64,000 nucleotides of DNA, from NCBI RefSeq assembly GCF_036365525.1, contig NC_090404.1, forward strand, positions 12,800,550 through 12,864,549, written 5' to 3'. This document shows positions 1 to 12,399 of this stretch, piece by piece. The notes under the pieces are model-generated. The model did not search any database and was not told where the DNA came from. It was given only the letters and a program-made list of their open reading frames with translations. Position 1 is the first letter of the stretch. Each line of letters starts with the position of its first letter. A program made the translations under genes and the position numbers. The stretch is from Heterodontus francisci. Taxonomy: Eukaryota.

Positions 1-230
1 GACAGGGCCCAGTGTAATGAAAATGGAAATATGATATTTTGCAGCAATAAATCTGAGTGTCTCGCAAACTGCCACAATGTATTGAGCTAAAACTGCAATA
101 ATTGTCAAGTATAATATAAACAGCGACATGGTCTAGTGCAGTAATAGCTGAGACAGAGCGTGGAATAATGTAAACAGAACCGGTTTTTGCCGTTCAGATA
201 ACTGAGACAGAGTCTCGTTTAACACTGAAA
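1..230 (+). repeat. Degenerate 27-bp minisatellite
   Basis: Units like GTGTAATATAAACAGAGACAGGGTCTA. Confidence 0.7.
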
Positions 231-254
231 TGTCAGCAATTTTGGCCATTGTCA

Positions 255-3200
255 TTGAATCATCCAAAGCACAGAAGGAGGCTATTAGGGTCATTGTGCC
301 TTTGCTAGCTCTTTGAAAGTGCAGTCACACCTGGTCCAACATCCACGAGTTATGTAATAAGCCCTTCATTCTTCTTCAATCTCAAGTACTTGTCCAGCAC
401 CCATTCCAACGTATTAAGGGATTCAGCTTGCAGCATCGTTTCAGGTGGGTGTTCCAGATCCTACCAGCCCTGAGCGAAAAACATTTCCTCATCTCCTGTC
501 TACATCGTTTACTAATGATATTTTAATCTATGGCCTCTGGTTATTGACCCAATAGACATAGGGAATAGTTCCCCCCCCCCCCTATCGACCCTATCAAAAC
601 GTCTCAACATGCAGAAAATCTGTATTATGTAATCTCTTAACCTTCTCTGTCCCAAGGAAAACAGTCTGAACCTTGCCAGTGTATCTTCATAACTGAAATC
701 TCTCATACGAACACAACAGTTGGCCATTTGTCCCCTTCTAGCCTGCTCCACCATTCAATAAGATCATGGCTGATCTGTTTGTGTTTCGAATTCCACACTA
801 CCATCTACCCCCAATAACCTTTGATTCCTATGCCTAACAACAATCTATTTACCTCCGCCGTAAAAAATATTCAATGTCCCCACCTCCACCAGCTTCTGAG
901 GCACAGAGTTCCAAAGTTGAACAACCTTCTGAGAGAGAAAAAAAATTCCTCATTGCTGTCCTAAAAGGGCGACCCCTAACTTTAAAATAGAGCCCCTAGT
1001 ACTGAACTCACCCACAAGAGGAAACATCCTTTCCAGATTCACCTTGTCAAGACCGTTCAGGGTCTTATATACTTCAATCAAGTCTCCCCACACTCTTCTA
1101 AACTCCAGTTAAAACAAGCCCAGCCTGTCCAATCTTTCCTCATAAGACAACCTGCTCATTCCAGGTATCAGTCTAGTAAACCTCATCTGAAGCGCCTCCA
1201 AAGCATTTGCATCCTTCCTTAAATAAGGAGACTAAAACTGCACATGGTTTTCGAGATGTGTTCTCACCAATGCCCTGTATAACTGAAGCATAACATGCTT
1301 GCTTTTATTTTCAATTCCTCTCGTAATAAAGGGTAGCATTCCAGTAACCTTCTCTCTGCACCTCGGAATCCTACAGTCGTTTGCCGTTTAAGTAATACAC
1401 TGTTTTTGATTATTATTCCTGCCAATGTGAACAACTTCACATTTCCTCACATTATACTCCATCTGCCAGATTTTTGCCCACTCACTCACTTAACCTATCT
1501 ATATCGGTCTGCAACCTCCTTATGTCCTCTTCACAACATACCTTCCTACCTATCCTGGTGTCATCTGCAAATTTAGGTACCATGTATCGCTCCCCTCATC
1601 TAAGTCATTGATTAAATTGTAAAAAGTTGAGGTCCCAGCACAGACCCCTGCAAGAGTCCACTCGTCGCATCCTGCCAATCCGAAAAGGACCCATTGATGC
1701 ATACTCTCTGTTTTCTGCCAGCCAGCCAATCTTTTATCCATGCTAACAGCTCCTAATTGTAGATGGCACCTTGTTAAATGCCTTCTGGACATCCAAGCAC
1801 TGTCCGTCAATGGGCTCCCCGTTATCCACAGTGTATGTTACTCCTTCAAAGAACTCCAATAAATTGGCTAAACATGGTTTAGCTTTCGCAAAGCCATACT
1901 GACTATTCTCGATTACCATAAGATTTTCTAAGTGCCCAGCTGTAACCTCCTTAATGATCGATTCTAAACCTTCCCCATGACAAGCTAACTCGCTTATTTA
2001 CCTGTTGTCTGCCCTCCCAGCACCCTTTCCCGCCACCCACCACCCCCACCCCCCCCCCCCACAACACCCCCCACACACACCCCGTCCCACTCCTTGAATA
2101 GAGGGGTTACATTTGCTACTATCCAGTCTGAAGGAACCTTTCTAGAATCCAGCGAATTTTGAATTTTGAAAAATTAACACCAACACATTGCTACCTTATT
2201 AGCCACTTCCTTTAAGACCCGAGGATGAAGTCCATCAGGACCCGGAGACTTTTCAGCCCACAGTTCCATCAGTTTGCTCAGTACCGCTTCCCTGGTGATT
2301 GGAATTACGCCAAGTTCCTCTCGTCCTTCCACCTCCTGATTTACAGCTATTACTGGAATGGTTTTTGTATCCTCTATAGTGAAGACAGAAGCAAAAAAAA
2401 ATTCATTTTATCTGTCATTTCCTTATTATCTACCATTATCTTTCCATTCTCACTCTCTATAGTCCAACACTCATTTCACATACTCTTTTCCTTCTTAAAA
2501 ACCTGTAGAAAATCCTGATATCCGTTTTAGATGTCCAGTGGGCTTCCTCTCATACTCTAATTTTTTCTCCTGATTAACCTTTTAGTCATTCTCTGCCATT
2601 CTTTATATTCTGACAATTCATCTGACCTGCCACTCATCTTTGCACAATTATATGCTTTTTGCTTAAGTTTGATGCTTTCCTTAACTTCTTTAGTTAACCA
2701 GGGATGATGGCTTCTCCCTTAGATTTTTTCTTTATGGTAGGAATACACCTACGACGAGTATTCTGAAAAATCCCCTTCAATTTCTGCCACTGTTTCTCTA
2801 TTGATCTGTCTCCTAGCATAGTAACCCAGTTCACTTCAGCTAGCTCAGCTTTCATGCCCCCATGGTTGACCTTATTTAAGTTTAAAATACTAGTCTTAGA
2901 CCCACTCATCTCTCTTTCAAACTAGAAGTTAAATTTAATGATATTGTGGTCGCTGCTACCTGGAGGTGCCTTTACTCTGAGGCCATTAATTTAACCCTGT
3001 CACTTTATACCATAACAACTCTAATATAATCTGCTCTCTGGTTGTTTCCAGAACGCGCTGCTCTGCGAAAATATCTCGAAAGCATTCTATGAGCTCCTCA
3101 TCCAGGCTGCTATTGCCAATCTGATTTTTCCAGATTATATGTAGATTAATACCAACCATGATTATTGCTTTCCCTTCTCACAAGCACTCAATGTTTCGTC

Positions 3201-4000
3201 TTGAATACATTATGTCTTCTTAAGTCATCTTGTTCATCCCTGGTAACATCCTGATAAAATTACGCTGTAGCCTTTTAGAGGCCTTTGCATCTTTCATAGA
3301 ATCACAGAATCATAGATATTCATGGCACAAGAAGTGGCCATTCGTTTATCGTATCTGTGCCGGCCAAAGACAAGCTAAACTCTCGTTCCATCTTTTATTG
3401 CGTAGCCTGCTAGTTACAGCATTTCAAGTGCATATCCATGGATGTATTCCAAAATTCCATGAGGGTTTCTGCCTCTACCGCCCTTTCACATAGTGAGTTC
3501 TAGACACCCATCACTATCTGGTTAAAATTAATTCTCCTCAACTTCCCTCTAATGCTTTTGCAAATAATTTTAAATCTATGCACTCGGTTATAGAACTCAC
3601 TGCCATGGAAACAGGTCTTCCTTGTCCACTTTATCTAGGCCGCTCAGAATTTCATGCACCTTAATTAAATCTCCCCTCAACCTTGTCTTTTCCAAAGAAG
3701 ACAACTACATTGCTTAGATTCTACAGTCCTGGCAACATCATTTCTAAATCGCCTTTATACCCTCTCTTGTGTGATCAAATCCGTCCTGTAATTCAGTGAC
3801 CAGAACTGTACACAGTATCTAGCTGCGGTATAACTAATGTATTATGCTGTTCGCACAAATCTTCCCTTCTCTTATAGCCTTCTTGACCACGTTATCTACT
3901 TTTCTTGATACCTTCAGAGATATGTGGACAATCCAAGGCGTCTCTGGTTCTCTACCCCTCCCAGTGCCATTTATTGTGTATTCCCTTGCCCTGTTCCGCG
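255..4000 (-). mobile_element. Several degenerate CR1-type LINE fragments (3' ends, RT, endonuclease-proximal parts)
   Basis: Minus-strand peptides resembling CR1 ORF2 (FSYEDTLARFRLFSLGQRRLR; INDLDEG); many frameshifts. Confidence 0.85.
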
Positions 4001-4007
4001 CACCTGA

Positions 4008-5535
4008 CCAGTCCAAGGCAGCATTTGACCGAGTGTGGAGGTATATCCAAACTGAAGTCAATGGGAATCGAGAGGAAAACTCTCCACTGGTTGGAGTCAT
4101 AGCTCGCACAAAGGAAGATTGGAGGCCAATCACCTCAGCCCCAGGACATCACTGCAGGAGTTCTCAAGATCAGAAGTAGAGATGTCGCTGATGATTGATC
4201 AATATAGTTCAAGTCCAGGATGATGTGTGGCGCGAAGGGCAACTTAAAAGTCGTGGTTTTTCCATAGATCTGCCCGCCTTGTACTTCTAGGTGATAGAGT
4301 TCGCCAATTTAGATTGATGATAGGGCGGCACAGTGGCGCAGTGGTTAGCACCGCAGCCTCATAGCTCCAGGGACCCGGGTTCGATTCCGGGTACTGTCTG
4401 TGTGGAGTTTGCAAGTTCTCCCTGTGTCTGCGTGGGTTTTCTCCGGGTGCTCCGGTTTCCTCCCACAAGCCAAAAGACTTGCAGGTTGATAGGTAAATTG
4501 GCCATTATAAATTGTCACTAGTATAGGTAGGTGGTAGGGAAATGTGGGGATGTTTGGTAGGAATATGGGATTAGTGTAGGATTAGTATAAATGGGTGGTT
4601 GATGTTCGGCACAGACTCGGTGGGCCGAAGGGCCTGTTTCAGTGCTGTATCTCTAATCTAATCTAAATTGTAAGTTCAGTGCCATTTGCAACTCCTCAGA
4701 TACTGAAGCAGTCCGTATCCAGATGCAGAAAGATCTGGACAACATTCAGGCTGGGGCTAATAATTTCAAGTAACATTCGAGCCACGCAAGTATCAGACAA
4801 CGACGATCTCCAATGAGAAAGAATCTAACCATCTCCAATTGACATCCAATGGCATACCATCACTAAAATCAGCCACTACCAACTTTCTGGGGGTTACCAT
4901 TGGCCAGAACATGAACTGAACGAGAACATGAATAATGCAGTTACAAGAGTAGGACAGAGACCTGGGAATTCTGCGGTGAGTAACTCATCTACTGACTCCC
5001 CAGTGCCTGTCCACCATTTACAAGGCACATGTGTGATCTAATACTCTCCACTTGACTGGATGGGTGCATCTCCAACAACACTGAAGAAGCTCAACACCAT
5101 CCAGGACAAAGCAGCCCACTTGATTGTCACCCCGTCCACAAACATTCACTCCCTCCACCATCGACGCACAGTGACAGTAGTGTGTACCATCTACAAGATG
5201 TACTGCAGTCTCCTTCGACAGCAACTACTAAATTGGCGAACTCTATCACCTAGAAGTACAAGGCGGGCAGATCTATGGAAAAACCACGACTTTTAAGTTG
5301 CCCTTCGCGCCACACATCATCCTGGACTTGAACTATATTGATGTTCGTTCACTGCTGCTGGGTCAAAATCCTGGAACCCTCCTCTTCACTGTATTGTGGG
5401 AGTACACGCAACAGATGGACTGCACCAGTTCAAGAAGACAGTTCACAACCACTTTCACCAGGGAAATTAGGACTGGGCAATAAATGCTGGCCTTCCCAGC
5501 GTTGCTCACATCCCATGAAAGAATTAATTAAAAAA
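4008..5535 (+). mobile_element. CR1/L2-group LINE (family B) RT-to-3' fragment, interrupted by a SINE and an inverted templated segment
   Basis: KAAFDRVW motif; 3' tail ATTAGGACTGGGCAATAAATGCTGGCC. Confidence 0.85.
4323..4667 (+). mobile_element. HE1-like tRNA-derived V-SINE
   Basis: A box (TGGCGCAGTGG), B box (GGTTCGATTCC), V-domain (CTCCGGTTTCCTCCCAC), CR1-like tail GGGCCGAAGGGCCTGTTTC, (CTAAT)n end. Confidence 0.9.
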
Positions 5536-5539
5536 AATC

Positions 5540-6150
5540 AAAGGCAGGTATTGTCCATTTTAGATACAGAGTAAAGCTCACTCTGCACTGTCCCATCAAA
5601 CACTCCCAGAGCCGGTACATACAGGTTAAATACAGAGTAAAGATCCCTCTATGTTGTCCCAGCAAACACTCCCGGGGCAGTACAGCATGGGCGAGTGGTA
5701 CAGGGTAAATCTTCCACTACACTGTCACATCAAGCACTCCCAGGGTAGGTACGAACGAGGTTAGATACAGAGTAAAGCTCCGTCAAGACGGAGAAAAAAA
5801 AGGAAAAAAAGGTTAGATCCAGCGTAATTCTTCTTCTACACTGTCCCATTAATGACTCCCAGAGCAGGTAAAGCACGTGTTAGATACAGAGTAACGATCC
5901 CCTCCACGCAGTCGCATCAAATATTCACAGGGCAGGTGCAGCACGTATTAGACACAGAGCAAAGTTTCCCTTACACTGCCCATCAAACACTCCCAGGGCA
6001 GGTGCAGCATAGCTTAGATACCGAAGAAAGATCCCTTGCCAAAAAAGGGCATAGACACAGAATAAACCTCTCTCTACACTGTCCCATCAAACATACCGGG
6101 CTATTGGACGGAAAATACACATTTTAGGGTAAAGCTCCCTCTGTAGATTC
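5540..6150 (+). repeat. ~66-bp tandem satellite (TAGATACAGAGTAAAGCTCCCTCTACACTGTCCCATCAAACACTCCCAGGGCAGG...)
   Basis: About 8-9 diverged units; same family at 35720-36060 (-), 48650-48910 (+), 58760-58900 (-). Confidence 0.85.
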
Positions 6151-6899
6151 CCAACGATTTGGTTATAGGCAGAGGAATCGGGCTGAGAGAGAATGTTGTT
6201 AAGATGTTGACTTTATATTATGGGGTAAGACATAGGTCACGATAGGAGAGAGGGAGCGCGCAAGGGAAAGGATATAGGAAATCTCCACAAAAACATGTGC
6301 AATGACACTATATCCAGCGATCAGACATAATATATACCAATTCTGAACTTAGATATCATCTTTACTTTATTCTCATATAACTGATAGAAATGTTCCAAAA
6401 ATCAATTGTTACTCGAATCCGTTGGGACATTTGCATTTTTCTCTCTCTCTTTCTGTGGTCTGTCGGTGGGGAAATATTTATTGTGCTTCTGCTGCTCAGT
6501 ACTCTGATCTACGAATTCTATTTCTGTGTTTATTTACATAAACGCCTCACTAGTTTCATTGAAGTGTTCCTGGCAGCAAAGCCAAATCCACGAAGTCACT
6601 TATTGATTAACTTCAACTCAAACTAAAGGTTTATTTTCAGAATGTTGACCGTTGGTACAAAACATTACAGGCAGAGAAAAAAATGAAGAAATCAGTTCTG
6701 AAAGTTCTGCTGCCGAAGTTAATGGAACGTCTCTGAACAGCCTGGAATTTCACAGAATGTTCATTTAATGGAATCTTTATCCTAGTTGAACAAACAAGTT
6801 AAAGCAGTGACCAGAGGAGTGGCCTACAATCACATTAATCTCAGAGCTTTCAACATATTGCAACTTGTGTTGTAAAATGTCCCCATCTGGAAAGAATAC

Positions 6900-7330
6900 A
6901 TTTATACAGCACCTTTCACAACCTCAGGATGCCCCAAAGCACTTTACACTAATTGAGGTACTTGTGTTGAAGTGTAGTCACTGTTGTAATTTTGGAAGCA
7001 GAGGGGGAAATTTGCACACAGAAAGCTCCCACAAACAGAGCTGTGATAACTGACAGATCATTTGTCTATCAGTGATGCTTGATGAGCAATATGTATTGGT
7101 CTAGGATACTGGGAAGAACTCCATGATCTTTAATATAGTGCCATGGACATTTCACATTCGACTGAGATGGCATTACTATCGCCTCATTCGAAAGATGACA
7201 CCACTGACCATGCAATATCGATTCAACACTGCGTTACTGTCTTGGATCATGGGCTCCAACCTCTGGAATGAGGATTGAACCCACGACCTTGCAACTCAGA
7301 GACAAGAGCGATCCCACTGAGACAAGACCT
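6900..7330 (-). mobile_element. Old Deu-domain SINE (SacSINE1/AmnSINE-like)
   Basis: Deu-like core CTCATTCGAAAGATGACACCACTGAC, antisense B box (GATTGAACCC), L2-like tail; family name from memory. Confidence 0.6.
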
Positions 7331-7689
7331 GCAACCTATCGCAGTTTGCTATTTAATTCACTGTATCTCAACCTCAAGACATGAGACCAGTCTTACACGA
7401 CTCGGTTTAATTGTCAGGGGCTGGTTCTCTAATTACCTCAGGTTGTTGTTCCAACACTATTGTAAAGGTGCACGGAATTTCCACTCTTTTCATATAAAAG
7501 TGTCAGTGTTTCTGAAAGGAACATCTGGAAGCACCTTAGGCAAAAGGACTCGAGTTTTACATCGAGTGAGATGCACTATCAGAGCAGCTGGGATTAAACG
7601 GAGAAAATGCTGGAAATATTCAGGACGTCAGGCAGCGTCTGTGGAGTGTAAAAGAGAGTTAACTCTGGAATAGTCTCCAACACCTATCC

Positions 7690-7862
7690 CCCTCATTTTC
7701 TCCTTTGAGACACTCCTTAAAACCTACATACTTGACCAAGCATTTGGCCATCTGACCGAATATCCCTTTTTGAGACTCAGCGTCATACTTTGTTTCATAA
7801 TGCTCCTTTGAAGCAACTTGGCATGATATATTATGTTAAAGGTGCTCTATACTTGCAAGCTG
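7690..7862 (+). mobile_element. L2 LINE 3' end fragment
   Basis: CTCCTTAAAACCTAC...TGAAGCAACTTGG...TTAAAGGTGCTCTATA tail. Confidence 0.6.
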
Positions 7863-7869
7863 CTCGAAA

Positions 7870-8610
7870 CACTGTCTCACTTTATATTAATCGATGCCCT
7901 GTAATCATAATCACTGCTCCAGGCCCTGTCTCCGTTTATATTAATCTCGACCCTGTATCAGTAATCACAGCACTAAACCCTGTCTCAGCTTATATTAATC
8001 TACACCCTGTATCGGTAATCACTGCACTGGACCCTGTCTCCGTTTATATTCCTCGACACCCTTATTCAGTCATCTTTGCACTAGGCCCTGGCTTAGTTTG
8101 TATTTCTCTAGACCATGTATCAGTAATCACTGCCCTCGGTATGGTCTCAGTTGACATTAATCTAGGAACTGCATCAGCAATTCCTGTACTAGGCCCTGTT
8201 TCAGTTTATATTTATCGAGGCCTGTATCAGGAATTCTCGCAGAGTACCCTGTCTCATTTTATTTTATTCCAGGTCTTGCAGCTCTGTTGCCTTCATTCGG
8301 CCCCATCTCAGTTATTATTGCACCAGAGAGTGCGTGTGTTTATCATAAAATTGACCATTTCTCTTTATATTACACCAGCCATGACTCTTTTTTATAATAC
8401 ACACGGCCCACGTTCACTTCATATTCAGAGTACCATGTCTGTCTTTACATTGCACTAGGCCGGGCCTGGTCCTATTTTATATTATACTGGAATATGTCGA
8501 GATTATTAATGGAGTAGGCCATGTTTCTTTGTATTTAAAACTAACATTGTCTCAGCTATTACTACACGAGGCACTGTCCCAGTTTATATTGCATTAGGCC
8601 CTATCTTGCT
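7870..8610 (-). repeat. 27-bp minisatellite array (reverse orientation)
   Basis: Repeating CCCTGTCTCNGTTTATATT; gives a spurious 9-aa periodic ORF. Confidence 0.85.
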
Positions 8611-8619
8611 GAGTTTTCT

Positions 8620-9450
8620 TTTGCATTCGTTCCTGAGAAGGTGGTGGTGAGCTGCCTTCTTGAACCGCTGCAGTTCATGTCGGGTAGGTACACCCACAGT
8701 GCCGTTCGGAAGGGAGTTCCAGGAATTTGACCCAGCAACAGTGAAGGAATGGCAATATAGTTCCAAGTCAGGATAGTGTGTGGCTTGGAGGGAAACTTGC
8801 AGATGGTGCTGTTTCCATGCATCCTGCCCTTGTCATTCTAGATGGTAGAGGTCGCGGGTTTGGAAGGTGCTGACTAAGGAACCTTGGTGCATTGCTGCAG
8901 TGCATCTTGTAGATGGTACACACTTCTGCCACTGTGCGTGTGGAGGGAGTGAATGTTTCTGGATGGGGTGCCAATAAAGTGCGCTGCTTTGTCCTGAATG
9001 GCGTCGAGCTTCTTGAGTGTTGTTGGAGCTGCACCCATCCAGGCAATTGGAGAGTATTCCATCACACTCCGAACTTGTACCTTGTAAATGGTAGACAGGT
9101 TTTGGAGAGTCAGGAGGTGTATTACTCACCGCAGGATTCCTCGCCTCTGACCTGTCTTTATAGCCAAGATAGTTGTATGGCTACTCCAGTTCAGTTTCTG
9201 GTCAAATGTAACCCCTAGGATGTTGATCGTGGGGGATTAATGATGACTTTGAATGTCAAGGGGAGATGGTTAGATTCTCTCTTGTTGGAGATGGTCATTG
9301 CTTGGCACCTGTGTGGCTCAAATGTTACTTGCCACTTATCAGCCCAAGCCTGGATTTTATCCCGGTCTTGCTGCATTTCTATACGAACTGCTTCAGTATC
9401 TGAGGAGTCACGAATGGTGCTGAACATTGTGCAATCATCAGCGAACATCA
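8620..9450 (-). mobile_element. LINE family B, 3' part
   Basis: MFADDCTMF and MEYSPIAWMGAAPTTLKKLD peptides. Confidence 0.88.
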
Positions 9451-10059
9451 GCGCAAATGTATTCCTCAAGTAAGGAGACCAAAATTGTGCATAGTACTCT
9501 CGGTGCCGTCAAACTAATGCCTTGTCGCAAGACTTTCCTAATTTTTAACTCATCCTCCTTGCAATAAGGGACAAAATTACATTTAGGTTCCTAATTATTT
9601 GCTGTCCCTGAATGCTATTTTTTTGTGTTTCATGTACAAGGAGATCCAGATCCCTCTGTACCACAACATCTCTCCATTGAATTAATATTCTTCTTTTCCA
9701 TTCTTCCCGACAAAGTGGACACCCTCACATTTTCCAACATTATACTCTTTGTGAGAGTATGTGGATATGTATGTGTTGCTGTGTGTTGGTGTGTGCGTTG
9801 CTGTTTGTGTGTGTCTGTGTACGTGTGTGTGGTTACCTAGAACACATCATTCTCAATGGTTACAGTCCATTGCACCAAGATAAGCGATTATCTCCAGCAA
9901 GTATTTTTCAGCATTGTATGTGCATTTATTCAAAATGTAATAACATGTAAATTATTTCATAACAATAACAATTATTCGCAACCCATTCTGTGTGTGCTCT
10001 TGTTTAGAAATCAATCTCACATGGACTATTTCTTTACCCAGGCGAGCACATCTGTCATT

Positions 10060-10473
10060 GATTTCACTGAGCCTCTCGGTTCCCTCTCAGACTCAAATCG
10101 GTCAACCTCGTTCCTCTCTCTCCGACTGCACCGAACTCACTGAACCTCATTTCTCTCTCTCAGACTGAACTCACTGAAACTCGCTCCTCTCTCTTAGACC
10201 GAACGCATTGAACCTCTCTCGTCTCTCTCAGACAGCACTGAACTCACTGAACCTCTCTCCACTCCTTCATTCTGAACTCACTGAACCTCTCTCCTCTCTC
10301 TCAGATTCCACGGAATTCACGGAATATCTCTCCTCTGTCTCAATCTGAAAACATTGAAACTCTTTCCTCTCCCTCAGACTTCATCAAACTCACTGAACCT
10401 CTATCCCTCTCTCATACACCATCTAACTCGCTTAACCTGTCTCTTCTTTCTGTCTGCGACAATGACAATTGAA

Positions 10474-10512
<39 letters not shown>
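10060..10512 (+). repeat. ~30-37-bp pyrimidine-rich tandem repeat (CTCTCTCAGACTGAACTCACTGAACCT) ending in (CT)n
   Basis: About 12 diverged units. Confidence 0.8.
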
Positions 10513-10514
<2 letters not shown>

Positions 10515-11274
10515 ATAGGCCCTGACTCACATAAAATCTCTTATTTTCTGACAACACTCTTTGAAGAAAATGCATTTTTTTAAATTTACCCTCATTTCTC
10601 CCAGTGATATCCCTCAGTCGGTCTCCCTCTTCAATGAATGTGCTAAATTAAAAATAAACGGATGTGTTTTATTCATTAAATAAGAATGGAGTTTAATACA
10701 ATGTTGAGACCAGAAGCAATCTGTGTGCTGGTTCTTGATGCTGTCAGAGTGTATCCACCCTCATTGGCAGGAAATATGTTCACGGTGATAACATGAAGCT
10801 GACGTCTGCTATTTCATTCTCGGGCAACACAACTTCCTGTTTCCCTGCTGCCTGTTCCAAACCGCACATCTCACTACTGAGCAGAAAATAAATCCAGCGG
10901 CCACAATCTGGTGGAAACATCTGCCAAGACGGCCTATATCTGGCCACAGAGTCGGTGCAGAGTCGCACAGGTCACATTGTGGTGACATTTACAAATGAAC
11001 CTGTTGTTTCCGTTTAGATTCCCCATTCCTGACATAACTGATGGTGGCTGTGGATCAGTCACTGAGCTCCCTCTGCTCCCTGAAGCCGGGAGCTGGTAGT
11101 TTGGTCCCTTTCATTTTATATCATTCTCAATGTGTGTTCTTTGTTCCCTCTATTTCTCAGCTTTTATCTCTCACCACCTCGTGATTCTGCCTTTTTAAAG
11201 GCTCTCTCAGTTTTTCTCTCAGGTTTACTGTCTGTCGTTCTCTCTTTACATCTCACCATCCCTATGTGTATTCC

Positions 11275-11660
11275 TATTTAATAGAGGTGTTCAAAATCAT
11301 GACGGGTTTGTGATAGACTTTTTAAGGAAAAACAGGTGTTGGCTACTTTAAAGCAGAGAAGGGCAAGGGGAGAATTAATAGGTGTGTGCAAAATCAGGAA
11401 GTATTTTTGATACAGTAGACAAGGAGAAACTATTAAGTGTAGCAGGAGGGTTTGTAACCTGAGGACACAGCAATTTAAAATATTTGACAACAGAACCAGA
11501 GGGGGAGATGAGGATTTTTTTTAATACAGCAATTTGTTGTGATCAGGAATGCACAATCTGAAAGGGTGCTGGAAACAGATTGCATTGTACCTTTCAAAGG
11601 AAATTGGATAAATAGCTGAAGGGGAGCAAATTGGCAGCGATTTGGAGAATGGGACTAATT
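11275..11660 (+). mobile_element. Old CR1 3' fragment
   Basis: ATAGAGGTGTTCAAAATCATG...GAATGGGACTAATTG. Confidence 0.7.
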
Positions 11661-12399
11661 GTCAACTCGCTCATTTTTGTGGCAATCTAAATTTTCCTCA
11701 GGGGAGGTTTTGATGTTAGATAATTTCAGGCATAATGCAGAAGATTTTAAACATTGGTTTCTAGAAACCGGCCCTTGTGTGTCTGTGTAGCTACAGAACT
11801 GCAGGCAAGGATGAGAAGGAACAGATTCTTTGCTGTTCTTCTGACAGTTGCACCATTGCCATCTCAGATATCAGAAAGCTCTGGAGGCTCGCATGTCCTC
11901 ATGGTCACCCCTTTGGGGAGAACAGTTCTTAATCAGGTGGAGTTGGTCACATGTGCCTCTGTCATAATGTTTCCACTCCTATTTTGTCACACAAATCCCT
12001 GCGTCATTCACCATAACACAGAAGCCTATACTAGGCCCAAATGTCATTGCTTCTCTGCACCTTGTCTTTCTTTTACAATTAAAAGTTTATTCGACCCCCG
12101 TTTCCCTTATTGTAAGACGACCAGCAGTAAAGGAGTCCTCTTCTATTGGTACACTGAAGCCAGTCTCCGTGATTATTGTTGTACCAGATCCCAGTTTGCC
12201 CTGGGCTCTGCAATCACAACTCCCTTCACAAATCCCTGGAGTGGGTGGAGGCTTCCTTTTTAGTACGAGGTGGGCACGTTAAACATGCAATTATGTACTC
12301 GTAACTCCACCCTCGCTGGATGGGGAAACTGCCCAGAACTGTCCACCTGTCATTTCCTTCCTTCCTTCTGAGTCAAAGAAAATAGTGGGCTAAAGGATG

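Noticed and set aside
11754-12263. 169-aa ORF with faint V-like words (FYWY, DYCC)
   Set aside because: Spacing incompatible with an Ig fold; no leader or RSS
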